A stretch of DNA of 58,398 bases, from the NCBI GenBank assembly GCA_040772365.1, contig JAXGYI010000008.1:1-58398 (forward strand), in the 5' to 3' direction. A program made the position numbers and the translations under genes. Numbering within the stretch: the stretch's first letter is position 1; each line of letters opens with the position of its first letter. This document shows, in pieces, positions 20,350 through 30,692 of this stretch. Source of the stretch: Candidatus Moraniibacteriota bacterium (lineage in GTDB: Bacteria > Patescibacteriota > Minisyncoccia > Moranbacterales > GCA-2747515). The notes beneath the pieces are model-generated. The model saw only the letters and a list, made by a program, of their open reading frames with translations. It ran no database searches and was not told the DNA's origin.

Positions 20350-21054
20350 CTATGAATTTTCAACATTGTCAAATATCTCGGTCACATCATCATGCGCATC
20401 AATGAGGTCATATAGTGTGGTGTAGGCAGATGCATCTTGTGCAGAAAGTTGTACGGTATGTGTTGCGCTATAGATCAGTCGTGCCTCGTGTACCGTAGTA
20501 GGTAGCGCAGCAGCAATAGTGTGGAGATCGTGGGGCTTTGTAATGACGGTGAGCGTGTCATCGTCAACGGCAATATCTTCCGCACCGGCATTGATTGCGG
20601 CAATTTCTGCAGTGCCCGTTTGGTCATTTGGAAGAGTGATGTAGCCAACATAGTCAAACTGAAATGACACACTTCCATTTGGAACAAATTTCCCGTTGTT
20701 TTTCTTGAGAATGGTTTTGATATCGGTGAGTGTGCGATTGGTGTTATCGGTTGCGCATGTGATGATCATCGCTGCGCCACCTGGACCCATGGCCTCATAG
20801 ACAACTTCTTCAATATGAGCATCCTCGCTACCGCTACCACGTGCAATGGCGCGATCAATATTCTCTTTCGGCATATTTGCTCGACGCGCATGGTCAATGG
20901 CGATGCGTAGAGCATTGTTGGTGACGGGATCTGTGTCACCGCTCTGGACGGCAACGGTAATGGCTTTACTGATGCGCGTGAAGACTTTAGAGCGTTTGGC
21001 GTCTTGTGCTTCTTTGCGATGCTTGATCCCAGACCATTTATTATGTCCTGCCAT
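20350..21054 (-). CDS. yebC: YebC/PmpR family protein
   Basis: 'MAGHNKWSGIKHRK', 'NMPKENIDRAI', 'TDNTNRT'. Confidence 0.95.
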   Translation of the reverse strand: MAGHNKWSGIKHRKEAQDAKRSKVFTRISKAITVAVQSGDTDPVTNNALRIAIDHARRANMPKENIDRAIARGSGSEDAHIEEVVYEAMGPGGAAMIITCATDNTNRTLTDIKTILKKNNGKFVPNGSVSFQFDYVGYITLPNDQTGTAEIAAINAGAEDIAVDDDTLTVITKPHDLHTIAAALPTTVHEARLIYSATHTVQLSAQDASAYTTLYDLIDAHDDVTEIFDNVENS

Positions 21055-21155
21055 AAAACATGACTTACTGTTCAAAGGAATACGATAATACCATCGTCCC
21101 ATTTTTCCGCTATTTATGCAAATCTCAAGGAACGCACGTTAGGGTAGGACAGTAT

Positions 21156-24050
21156 TTAATGGTGTGTGCAGAGTGTGTAGGTTGTGTGGGGTGGCGTGAT
21201 GTAGGTATGTGGCACGCACGCAGATGATGTAGGAATGTACGCGTAGAGAGGAAAATCTGAAACAGCAGTGCTGTGTGGCGGCTCTATGAGGACGGTGACA
21301 ATTTTCGTGAGTGAAGCATTGAGGGTACCAACGATATATGTAATATGCTGTAGCCACAGAGACGCTGTTGCAATGAATCGTTTCTGTAATGCAGGACTGT
21401 GAATGAATGTATACACCGCATCGCGATTGATCGTGTGCGTCATGCGAGCATTTTCACGCTCTGCGGCAGCTGCGGCAATGGCATAGGCGCGTGCACGCTT
21501 TTGTGCATTAGGTACAATGTGCCACTGCCACACATTATTATGTCGTACGTACAGTGCATCTTCCGGGACATTTTTTCCTGGCGCTGCATAAGACACGGAG
21601 TCAATAGTTGTACTATCTGGCATACGTAGCTCTATGACACCAGTGGTATTTGGGAGAGTAATTGCTGCATGTGTGCGTGTAATGTGTATCGTAGCACCTT
21701 TTTTGAGGATAATGTGCTCACGTATGAAATGATTTACAATTCTCTTTTTAGTAGTGCCTGTAGCAACACTCCAACCAAAAAGATCGATATTTTTTTTGCT
21801 GCGATTTGTCAATGCGATATATTCTACGCCAGTATCACGACCTTCGGGATTGGGAGAGAGTTCAGTAATGGCAATCTTATAGCGAGGAAATGTAGTAATT
21901 GTAATGGTAAAAGGAACAGTGATATCTTCACTGCCATCCTGAATACGTACACTGCCGTTGTATGTACCGTTTTTGAGATATTTGTGTCGCGTTTTCCATA
22001 AGTAGCTACGTCGCCCATCACCAAAATCCCAGCGTATCTTGAGTTTTTCACCATCCATATCCTTTGCCGTAAGAGAGAATTCCGTGAAGACATTTTTATA
22101 TCCTGTGGTGGGCAGGGATTTTTTGACAACTATAGGGAGATTGTTGAAGATGTTTGGCGCATTTGGTGTGAGGTGACGACTCCAACGCCACGTGCCTGCT
22201 GCGTCATCAAGGTTATATGACACGCCCTTGCGCGCCGATGCGTAAGAGATGGTACTTGTTACTGCACCGCTTGGTGCAAGGAGGGATACAGTATCTCCTG
22301 TATTATTCAGTGCGAAAGAGAACGTAGTGCGATAGATGGCAAGAAAGGTGTGCGGTGGGAGTATGGTTTCCGTGCTGAAGGTATAGAGACCTTTTGCGGA
22401 AGCATCGCGCAATTGCCAATTTTTAAGATCTATAGCACTATCAGTAGGATTATAAATTTCAATATACTCATTGGTACGGTCATCAGCTTCGGGGTATGGA
22501 AGAACTTCTGTAATCTGTAGCTCTGGATAAGTGATTGCGGCGGGGTTGGGCATGTTTTCCATATGCGGCGTTGGATCTGCCCAATACCATGACGCATCTG
22601 ATGCGTTGTAGGAAAGGCGCGTACGAGCTTTTTCATATGCAACGGTATCCGTTATTGCACAAAGGGGGTTGATGAGAGAAACATATTCCCCTCCTGTGTC
22701 ATTAAGTGCAAATGTATAGATATCTTTTGAGAATGCATGATAGGCATGTGCTGGTAGTACATCGTCAGCGGTGAAAATATGCATGCCATTTTTAGAGGCG
22801 TCACGTATGCGCCATTTTTCCAAGGAAACAGGGAACGGGTGGGGGTTGTGGAGCTCAATAAATTCCTGTGAATACATACAGGTAACATCATCTTCCGCGC
22901 AGGGTTTCGGATAGATTTCACTAATAGTGATTTGCGCATTGGCGTTATCCGGAGTAAATTTTCCAGGCTGCGGACAGGAATTTTGTATAAAATCACTGGC
23001 GTTGTCATCAGTATCTACATATGCGCCATCTATTTTCCTACGCTCAATACTTTCGTTTTTTATAGGATTCTTCATAGGGTTTTTTTCAAAAACTGTAGCA
23101 GCGCCAAATCCAACGCGATCAATAATTTTTTTCTCATTATCATAAAGTGTAATTGTGGAATTTTCTGCAATTGTGAAAGATTTTCCAGAAAAAGGCGCAT
23201 CAGCGTGAAGCGTGTCTGTAAAATCGGTATGCGCGATTACGAAAAATGATTGTGGTGCAATTGTATAGGCATCAAGGGATTTTGCGGCGGCTAAGTTTGA
23301 TTCGGTGCCGCTTTTTGTCATCTTCTTGAGTGCGAAACCCTTGAGAGAGATCGGCGTAGTACCATTATTAAAGATTTCTACATACTCCTCTCGTGTACTG
23401 GTAGATGTTCCGAGGAGGACCTCTGTAATCATCACTGTTCCTGCAAGAGGGGAGGATGATGGAAGTGCATCATAGTGCTTATCTGGCACTGGCACGGGTG
23501 GTAGTGTAGCAGCATCTCGCTGCGGGAGTATATCATCTTTCTGTTGTGGCACCTGGACCTCTGGTGCTATGGATAAGGGAGACTCTACTGGACCAGGCTC
23601 TTGTTGCGTAGACCGTGTAGTGTCGTTTGTGGGTAATTCTGGGACATCTTGGGACAAAGAGGGCTGCGGCGATACCGGTAATTGCTGCTGTGTATTGATA
23701 TGTTCCGGCAAGTCGGGTGGTGGATGTGTTTGTGTTTCTGATGGTATAGCAACAGCGCTGTTTGGTGGGGTGATAATCGATGCTGTGGTGTCGTGTGGCA
23801 CAGGATCTGGCGATGGTGTATCTAATGTGGTGGGGGGTACAACATCTTTTTCTGGGAGAGGAGAAGTCTCTGTAATAGATTCATCATGTTCTGCGGGAGA
23901 TGGCGCCAAGGGAACATGTTCATGTGCACCGATGTGGTATGGTGTGATGAGTAGTGCACAGAGGAGGATAAAGAAAAATAGGCAGCGACCTATGTAGTGT
24001 GATGCAGAGGCGATAGTGTCACATGCTGAGCAGCGGTAATGTGTGAACAT
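21156..24050 (-). CDS. Secreted lamin-tail-domain (LTD) repeat protein with a PKD domain and a Pro/Thr-rich stalk
   Basis: Four repeats of 'I.E..P.P....E(Y/F)IE..N......L.GW'; 'WDFGDG' PKD motif; N-terminal hydrophobic segment. Confidence 0.8.
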   Translation of the reverse strand: MFTHYRCSACDTIASASHYIGRCLFFFILLCALLITPYHIGAHEHVPLAPSPAEHDESITETSPLPEKDVVPPTTLDTPSPDPVPHDTTASIITPPNSAVAIPSETQTHPPPDLPEHINTQQQLPVSPQPSLSQDVPELPTNDTTRSTQQEPGPVESPLSIAPEVQVPQQKDDILPQRDAATLPPVPVPDKHYDALPSSSPLAGTVMITEVLLGTSTSTREEYVEIFNNGTTPISLKGFALKKMTKSGTESNLAAAKSLDAYTIAPQSFFVIAHTDFTDTLHADAPFSGKSFTIAENSTITLYDNEKKIIDRVGFGAATVFEKNPMKNPIKNESIERRKIDGAYVDTDDNASDFIQNSCPQPGKFTPDNANAQITISEIYPKPCAEDDVTCMYSQEFIELHNPHPFPVSLEKWRIRDASKNGMHIFTADDVLPAHAYHAFSKDIYTFALNDTGGEYVSLINPLCAITDTVAYEKARTRLSYNASDASWYWADPTPHMENMPNPAAITYPELQITEVLPYPEADDRTNEYIEIYNPTDSAIDLKNWQLRDASAKGLYTFSTETILPPHTFLAIYRTTFSFALNNTGDTVSLLAPSGAVTSTISYASARKGVSYNLDDAAGTWRWSRHLTPNAPNIFNNLPIVVKKSLPTTGYKNVFTEFSLTAKDMDGEKLKIRWDFGDGRRSYLWKTRHKYLKNGTYNGSVRIQDGSEDITVPFTITITTFPRYKIAITELSPNPEGRDTGVEYIALTNRSKKNIDLFGWSVATGTTKKRIVNHFIREHIILKKGATIHITRTHAAITLPNTTGVIELRMPDSTTIDSVSYAAPGKNVPEDALYVRHNNVWQWHIVPNAQKRARAYAIAAAAAERENARMTHTINRDAVYTFIHSPALQKRFIATASLWLQHITYIVGTLNASLTKIVTVLIEPPHSTAVSDFPLYAYIPTSSACVPHTYITPPHTTYTLCTHH

Positions 24051-24056
24051 ATAGTT

Positions 24057-24623
24057 TTATGCAAAAGGTGCTTCTGCGACAGGTTGTGATGCGGCCTTGA
24101 GGCGTGCACGCTTTTGATTTGTCATAATCTCTGCCTTGATAGTATAGGGATTGCCTACAGATTCAATCAGGAAGCGTGACTGTTCAGCAGCAGTTTGTAC
24201 GGATAGTGTACCAAAATTCAAAAGTGTTGGAAAAAATCCTTGAACATCTGTTGTGACATCTTGGATAGATTCGTATTTCAGTTCGCTGACTTGACGTGTG
24301 AAGAGACCTTTTTGAGAGACATTGACAATGCGGTAGTTTGTCATGATCCAAATGTCTAAGTGGTAATCAAACCATGTGAGAAATCCATAAACCCACATTA
24401 ACAGCAATGCTAGAGAATTAACAAAAAGAAAAATAGTGCGTTGAATTTCTTGTCCCGGTGCGGAGAGGATATGTGGATAGAGGATGGCGCCAGTAATCAT
24501 CATAGCAAACAGAAGAAGAATGGGAATGTATTTTAAAAAGAGATTAAACCAGTGCCTATGGACAATATGGAGGATTTTCTCGTCGGGATTTGTCGAGGAA
24601 AAATAGTAGTCAAGAGGGCGCAT
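24057..24623 (-). CDS. Membrane protein with a bacterial PH domain
   Basis: 2 TM segments, then 'MTNYRIV...GLF', 'IQDV', 'LLNFGTL.VQTA'. Confidence 0.75.
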   Translation of the reverse strand: MRPLDYYFSSTNPDEKILHIVHRHWFNLFLKYIPILLLFAMMITGAILYPHILSAPGQEIQRTIFLFVNSLALLLMWVYGFLTWFDYHLDIWIMTNYRIVNVSQKGLFTRQVSELKYESIQDVTTDVQGFFPTLLNFGTLSVQTAAEQSRFLIESVGNPYTIKAEIMTNQKRARLKAASQPVAEAPFA

Positions 24624-24626
24624 AGT

Positions 24627-24866
24627 CTAGTAACGATAAAGATTTGATGGGGGACTATTAAAAATGGCATCGTGGGGAATCATAGTAAAGAGTGCAATAT
24701 TGATGATAACAAGAACTATTGTGACGGTGATATAAACAGCAATCAATGGTTTGGTAAACGTAGGATCTAGAGAGTAAGTGTCTAGGCGTGTGACCATGAA
24801 GAAGCTGATGGTGACAATGGTAAGAATAAAGATGGCGTATAGGGCGACGAAAATAGCTGTTGTCAT
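24627..24866 (-). CDS. Small 2-TM hypothetical protein
   Basis: Tightly packed in the operon; two hydrophobic helices. Confidence 0.6.
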   Translation of the reverse strand: MTTAIFVALYAIFILTIVTISFFMVTRLDTYSLDPTFTKPLIAVYITVTIVLVIINIALFTMIPHDAIFNSPPSNLYRY

Positions 24867-25894
24867 AAAGGGAGGCGATTTTTGCGAATATGGGCGTAGC
24901 CGTGGTCGGTGATGACGCGTCCGCGCGGCGATCGTGCAAGAAATCCCAACTGCATCAAAAATGGTTCATAGACATCTTCAATTGTCTGCACTTCTTCGGA
25001 GAGCGCATTGGCGATGGTTTGCACACCGACAGGTCCGCCGTCAAACTTGTCAATGATGACTTGCAAAAATGCACGGTCCGTTGGTTCCAGTCCATGCTCG
25101 TCAATGGCGAGCATGGCAAGGGCACTATTGGCGACGTCCGCGTCAATTATAGCACGCTCGTGCACGTCCGCCCAATCACGTGCGCGCTTGAGGAGGCGAT
25201 TGGCAATGCGTGGTGTTTGACGCGCCGCACCAGCCAAGCGTGTGGCGCCGGCGGCGTCAACTGCACATCCCAAAATTGCTGCACTCCGCGATACAATGCG
25301 TTCAATGTCGTCATGCGTATAGAATTCCAATCGATGAATTACACCAAAGCGATCGCGCAGCGGTCCCGTGAGATTGCCCATGCGCGTCGTTGCGCCGATT
25401 AGCGTAAATTTTGGTAGATCAATTTGCAGTGCCTGCGCGCTAGGTCCCTTGCCCACTACTAAGTCCAGTTTATGGTCTTCCATGGCGGGATAGAGAACTT
25501 CTTCCACGGCCTTGTTGAGACGATGAATTTCATCAATGAACAATACATCCCCGTCTTGCATGTTGGTGAGGATGGAACCGAGATCACCAACACGTTCAAT
25601 GGCAGGACCAGATGTCGTCTTGATGTTGACGTTCATCTCGCGCGCAATGATCGTGGCAAGGGTGGTTTTTCCCAAGCCTGGCGGACCATAGAGGAGAATG
25701 TGTTCCAAGGGCTCCTTGCGCTTCTTTGCCGCATCCAGGAAAATGCGCAACTGCTTCTTGATTTTTTCCTGTCCAATGTATTCTTCTAACGTTTGCGGAC
25801 GCAGTGTGTAGTCAATGGAAAAACGGGCTTCCGGCGCATCGGCGTCTGTGCGGTCTGGTGCGGCGTGGTCGGCGGGATCGGTAATGAGTGTCAT
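24863..25894 (-). CDS. ruvB: Holliday junction branch migration ATPase RuvB
   Basis: '[12 protein letters not shown]', 'GPPGLGKTT', 'FIDEIHR', 'GATTR', 'YEPFLMQ'. Confidence 0.97.
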   Translation of the reverse strand: MTLITDPADHAAPDRTDADAPEARFSIDYTLRPQTLEEYIGQEKIKKQLRIFLDAAKKRKEPLEHILLYGPPGLGKTTLATIIAREMNVNIKTTSGPAIERVGDLGSILTNMQDGDVLFIDEIHRLNKAVEEVLYPAMEDHKLDLVVGKGPSAQALQIDLPKFTLIGATTRMGNLTGPLRDRFGVIHRLEFYTHDDIERIVSRSAAILGCAVDAAGATRLAGAARQTPRIANRLLKRARDWADVHERAIIDADVANSALAMLAIDEHGLEPTDRAFLQVIIDKFDGGPVGVQTIANALSEEVQTIEDVYEPFLMQLGFLARSPRGRVITDHGYAHIRKNRLPL

Positions 25895-25962
25895 GGGATA
25901 TAGTGGATCAAGGGTTAGAACGGCACAGAAACTGTGGCCAATATCTCCAATATTACCATCTC

Positions 25963-25991
25963 TTGACAGGAAATCCAAGACATGCTAGGAT
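25963..25991 (+). promoter_or_regulatory. sigma70-type promoter
   Basis: TTGACA-17-TAGGAT with a TG extension, divergent from ruvB. Confidence 0.65.
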
Positions 25992-25996
25992 GGAGA

Positions 25997-26269
25997 GTCC
26001 CGTATGTGGACACATGCACATTGTCGTATTTTCATATCTGTAGGCACTGGTGGGCTGTTCTATCTTTTCGGCTCACCTTGGAAGTTGCTTTGTCCAGATC
26101 GGGTTCTTGTGGTTTCGGCTGCGGCTCTCCTCGACGCTTCTTCTCCCCGCGGGCGCCATCGGCCCCGCGGGCTTGCTGCCTACGGTTCTAAAAGGAGGTA
26201 GCGCCATGCCTACAGATATGAGAATGACGCAATGCAAAAAAACCACCACACTCTCGTGGTGGTTTTTTG
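25997..26269 (+). ncRNA. Candidate structured sRNA or RNA switch (unclassified)
   Basis: Own promoter and terminator; perfect 15-bp closing stem (26032-26046 with 26207-26221) enclosing several hairpins. Confidence 0.5.
26235..26269. terminator. Intrinsic terminator (bidirectional)
   Basis: CAAAAAAACCACCAC-actctc-GTGGTGGTTTTTTG. Confidence 0.8.
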
Positions 26270-26387
26270 TTTGCCGCGCTACTGTGTCACGCGCATCCAC
26301 AGTCTTTGTACCACTCAACAAACAACAACCCCACAAATAGCAACCTTGCTGTTTGTGGGATGTGCTGTGGAAATAGCTATGACTACT

Positions 26388-27135
26388 TCAATGCAAGAGC
26401 ACTTCATTTCCGCAAAGATTAGCAAAGAGGCGATCGCTTTCAGTGATGGTGCATTTTATGTGAAAAATGCGGGCTACCATCAAAAGCGAGAGATTGCCAA
26501 ACATCTGAAGCAGGGGGTCTTCCGTAATTCTGTCTCGCGCACTGCCATTGAAACGTAGAATATTGTTCTCAATGTCTTGTATGCCGCCAGCATAGTCAAT
26601 AACGTTGCCGGATGCGGGGTTGTAAAAAACGGCATTGATGGTGAAATCACGCAGCGCGGCATCATGGGCGGGCACAGGTGTGTCTTGCGGTATCGTCGTC
26701 CGATGCCGTTTTAAAAAACGAGATCTCATATTCTTCACTACTGTCAAACGTCACGCGCACCACCTCACTAGACTTGCCGTGTGTGCCAATCTTGCATATG
26801 TGCGGCATGTCTTGCAAAATTTCCACAACGCGATGTGCGGGAAGATTGGTCGTAAAATTAAGATCGTGCGGTGTGTGATGCAAGAGTAGATCTCGAACAA
26901 AGCCGCCCGCGATGAGCGCGTGGGCGCGCCTGGTGATGGGCGTACCATTCTTGTGTACGGTGACTTCGCTGCTGTGCAGAGCATCCACAATGGACTGTGC
27001 GCCGCCAGGTATCGGTATGTTGTGTTGCTGAAAAATATCCTCTAAGCGTCCGACACGCAGGGTGGTGATTTCGTGCGGTTTTTCATGGGCGCCGACGGTG
27101 AATGTGCGTTTTTCAAAAGATGGTATGGACTTCAT
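26388..27135 (-). pseudogene. Degraded CCA-adding enzyme/poly(A) polymerase head domain
   Basis: 'IAGGFVRDLLL..PHDLNF' in one frame and 'RDFTINA...ID..GG..D....LR...EDPL' in another (shift near 26660-26700); DxD changed to DxN; truncated. Confidence 0.8.
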
Positions 27136-27256
27136 ATATACTGAGATAAGCGACTTATGGCTTACATCATATCATAATATGGTAGGCACGTGGTTTTTTC
27201 ATGTATGGTACGGTATAATAGATATGAGAGTTACCCTGATATATCTTGAGAGACCT

Positions 27257-29762
27257 ATGACATTGGAAACATTGCATCATGCGGACATGGTGCCATCGCG
27301 GAAAACCGTTCCTCCCACACACGCCGTGGAAAAACCACAATTATTCGAAGAGGAAGAGATGATGCGAGCGATTGGAGACGCACAAAAGGCTTTGGAAGAT
27401 CTCGGTTATGTGACACAAGGGGAGGATGTTGCCGTTTTTGATGCGCGAAAATTTCAAGAGGATTTCAGTAAAAAAAACAGTTGTTGCAAACACGGCGCTA
27501 TATCGTCTATATCGCAAATCACAACAAAGACTGACAAACATGGTATTTCACCTCTTTCGTGGCTACCGTGTCGTTTCTGTAGAAGACTATGCAGATGGTG
27601 TGCGTGATCCGAAAGACGTGATCTACGATCCGCGCAGCGCTGATGATGCGTTGACTATTGAAAAAATCCAACAAAGTCGCTTTTATTTCTTGCCACATGA
27701 GCTTATAACATTGATCCATTACGCAAAGACGCGCTATGGTGATTTAGAAGATGTAAACTTTCGAGAAGTGACACTGGCGGCCTTGATCTATCACCCGCAG
27801 TATGGGGACGCCTACAGGGATGAACAAACGGGGATACTTATGATGAAGGGACCAGACGGAGAATATAGAAAATTTTCTGCGGAACATTTGCGCAGGATGT
27901 ATGGCGCGTTTGAGGATGTGGAAAAGGGAGGCATTAGTGATGGACGAAAATTCTTTCGCACCGTAACGCCGCAACTTTTGGAAAAGGGGCTAGTGAAAAT
28001 GAGTGATATCGGCGTACAATCCGTAGAGGCTTCACGCACAGAGACAGATAAACGTATGATTGGGCGCAGAGGCACGGTGATGTTTGACAAGGTGCGTCAT
28101 ACACTGGGATCGCAATATGAAAATCACCTGGCATACAATCTTGGTGAACGATGTGGTGCGGTGGTGGCGCAAGCGGAGGATGGAACGAAAAATGTCGTTG
28201 CTACATTTAATATCGTCCCCTATGATCAGGCAAAAACAGATGTTCCGTTACAATCATATAAAATTGCCAATATTAAACAGGCACATCCACAAGCCTTTGA
28301 TGAGACATATTTTTATCATATGCACGAAGGGGAGGACATTGCACAATACAAAAAGAGGATTGAAACAATAGAGTCATTGCAAATCTTACTGCATTCCGAG
28401 AAATACTTGCAAGAGCAGTTAGGGATTTCCTTGGAAAAGTTCTCTTTTGCTGAACAGATGATGATTGCGCGCATGTTGAACAGCGTCAGTGTGTTGCACA
28501 AAGAAAAAATAGATCACTTTATTAGGATATTTGGCAACAACGGTCTCAAGTCCTTCCTCTCCCTCGAACACGGCGGTCACGACATGGGCAACAAGATCCT
28601 CCGCATCGGCGAAAAGTACGACCAAAACACCGCAGACGCCATCTTTGCTAAATACGCAGAGTTGGCAGATGTCACAGATAACATTGATGCGTATGTGAAA
28701 ACACAGTTTCAAGAACACGAAGACGTTGATCGCAAGAAAATTGGCGAGAAGCTTCTAGTCGATGCTAAAAATCTCCTGGAGTCCTATGCTGATAGGGAAG
28801 ACACGGCACGTGGCGAGGAAATCATTGCAGCATTGGAAAAGATCAATGCTCGCGTCGCCCTCACGGCGGAAATCATCCAACAGCTTCCGCGCGAAAGTGT
28901 GGCACATCTGGATCTTACCAAGCTCTCTGACGTAGAGCGACACATTGACCTTACGGCACAAAACTTGCACAGCATGCCGGAACTTCTTGCCAAAATGGAA
29001 GCGGTGGTGCATGATAAATTCCCCACGGGAGATGCCCAGTCTTTTCGCGAGGATTGTCTCAGCGAACGCAACAACGGTGTGACCGTGACACTTGCTAACG
29101 GAGAAATCCTCTCCTTTTTCATGAAAAAGAAGGTGGGAGAACACCTGTCCGAACTGGACTGGTTCAGTGCCAATCCTGATGCGCCGATCAAGGGCATTGG
29201 CGAAGCAACGGCACTGCTAGGCTTCAATCACGCGCGCGATAAAGATGAAAACTACTACGCCGTCGCCAAGCCACACATCAAATCACTCAGCACACTTATT
29301 GAACTGCAGGGATTCGTCGGATTTGGCGGTATGACAAAGGACGGGGAATACAAGCACCACTATATGCGCACACGTCGTTTGGCACACGAAATGCCTTATC
29401 ACATCAAACAATTATCACAAAATCACAATAATGCACTCCTCCACGATCTCCAAACAACTTGCGAAAAAAGCAACACCACCTATTCACTACAATACCAAGA
29501 CCGTACTTACGATGTTGCACGCGTAACATTTTTGGGTGTGACGCACGAACATGATGTCACGGACAAGGATGAGCACGGATGGCTGTATCAAGAAATGCAG
29601 AGGCAAACAAGCAAGGGCAGCATCCTTGTGCGCTACATTCCCGCATCAGACGCCAAAGACAACGTCACCTACTATGCCGTTTTTGCACCGGACCATAGCA
29701 CAGCCGATGAGCGCAGAGAAGTGGAAGACTATGTACGATCTAAAGATGTCCACAGCGCATAA
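27257..29762 (+). CDS. Large hypothetical protein (possible GNAT-like C-terminal region), split by a frameshift at an A8 run
   Basis: ATG at 27257 joins the 778-aa ORF if one A is removed from A8 at 27470-27477. Confidence 0.6.
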
Positions 29763-30511
29763 AAGAAGATCGTAAAAAGCTGCACAACACTGCGGCTTGT
29801 GATCACGACTGTTATATGCACATCGCTTTCTTGCGACGTGATATAGAGCGTATTGTCACATACAAGCAACTCACCACCTGGAAAATCAAAAGGCACATTC
29901 TTGGGAGGGACGATCCGCGTTTCACGCAATTGTGCGGCATCTGTTGCTTGTAACGCTTTGCCGGCGACATCACCAAATGCGATGGTGCGCGTAGAGATAC
30001 CATGCCGCATACGTTTTGCAACAAAATCTTTAAGAATGGCATGTGTTGCGGCATCCTCGTCACCGGGTAAGACTTTCACGAAAGACAAAATTTCATGACC
30101 GTGTGATGCATCGCGCAACAGGCGCGTATACATCTTTTTCATGCCGTCACGACCCTCATAGAATTCAATTCCCGGCTTGTTGTTAGCAATATTGTAGAGG
30201 GAAATCAATGATCCGATGTCGCTTTCCAAATGGTGCACGGTGTTTTGCGCATTGCGCACACGACTTTCTGCAAGTCCTTTGAGTACACTCGGATGCTTTG
30301 CCGCAAAAACGGCAACAGAACCTGTGCGCTCCTGCTTTTCTACAATACCTAGAACCACTAACTCATCTAAAGTCTTGTAGACGAGTCCGCGCTTCAACGG
30401 GGTGTTTTTTGCGATCAACCCTGCTTTTTGCGCACCGTGTGTGAGCAAGGATGTATAGACCACCACTTGATTGTCTGTCAGCCCAAGTTGTTGTAAAAGG
30501 GTATTTTCCAT
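29729..30511 (-). CDS. TrmB-family HTH transcriptional regulator
   Basis: 'LQQLGLT..Q..VY..LL..G....IAK...KRGLVYKTL..L...G.V' and 'PGIEFYEG..G'. Confidence 0.85.
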   Translation of the reverse strand: MENTLLQQLGLTDNQVVVYTSLLTHGAQKAGLIAKNTPLKRGLVYKTLDELVVLGIVEKQERTGSVAVFAAKHPSVLKGLAESRVRNAQNTVHHLESDIGSLISLYNIANNKPGIEFYEGRDGMKKMYTRLLRDASHGHEILSFVKVLPGDEDAATHAILKDFVAKRMRHGISTRTIAFGDVAGKALQATDAAQLRETRIVPPKNVPFDFPGGELLVCDNTLYITSQESDVHITVVITSRSVVQLFTIFFYALWTSLDRT

Positions 30512-30537
30512 ATCTTTTCATCAGGGAGTACACAGTA

Positions 30538-30566
30538 AGTATAGCATGGCGAGTATAAATTGTCAA
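30538..30566 (-). promoter_or_regulatory. Consensus sigma70 promoter for the TrmB-like gene
   Basis: TTGACA-17-TATACT with an extended -10 (TGC). Confidence 0.8.
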
Positions 30567-30659
30567 ATAGTTGTGACAAAAAAATGGGATAAAATACACA
30601 AAAAATGATAATAATATAGAAGAAATACAGCATTTAAAACAAAAAATGTTCGAAAACTA

Positions 30660-30688
30660 TTGACAAATCTCTACAAACCTGCTATACT
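30660..30688 (+). promoter_or_regulatory. Consensus sigma70 promoter for the hairpin-rich small-ORF unit
   Basis: TTGACA-17-TATACT with an extended -10 (TGC). Confidence 0.8.
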
Positions 30689-30692
30689 ACTT

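Noticed and set aside
25997-26269. Retron msr-msd, SRP RNA, tmRNA or RNase P RNA
   Set aside because: Terminal inverted repeats are present, but there is no reverse transcriptase nearby and I saw none of the signature motifs of the other RNAs.
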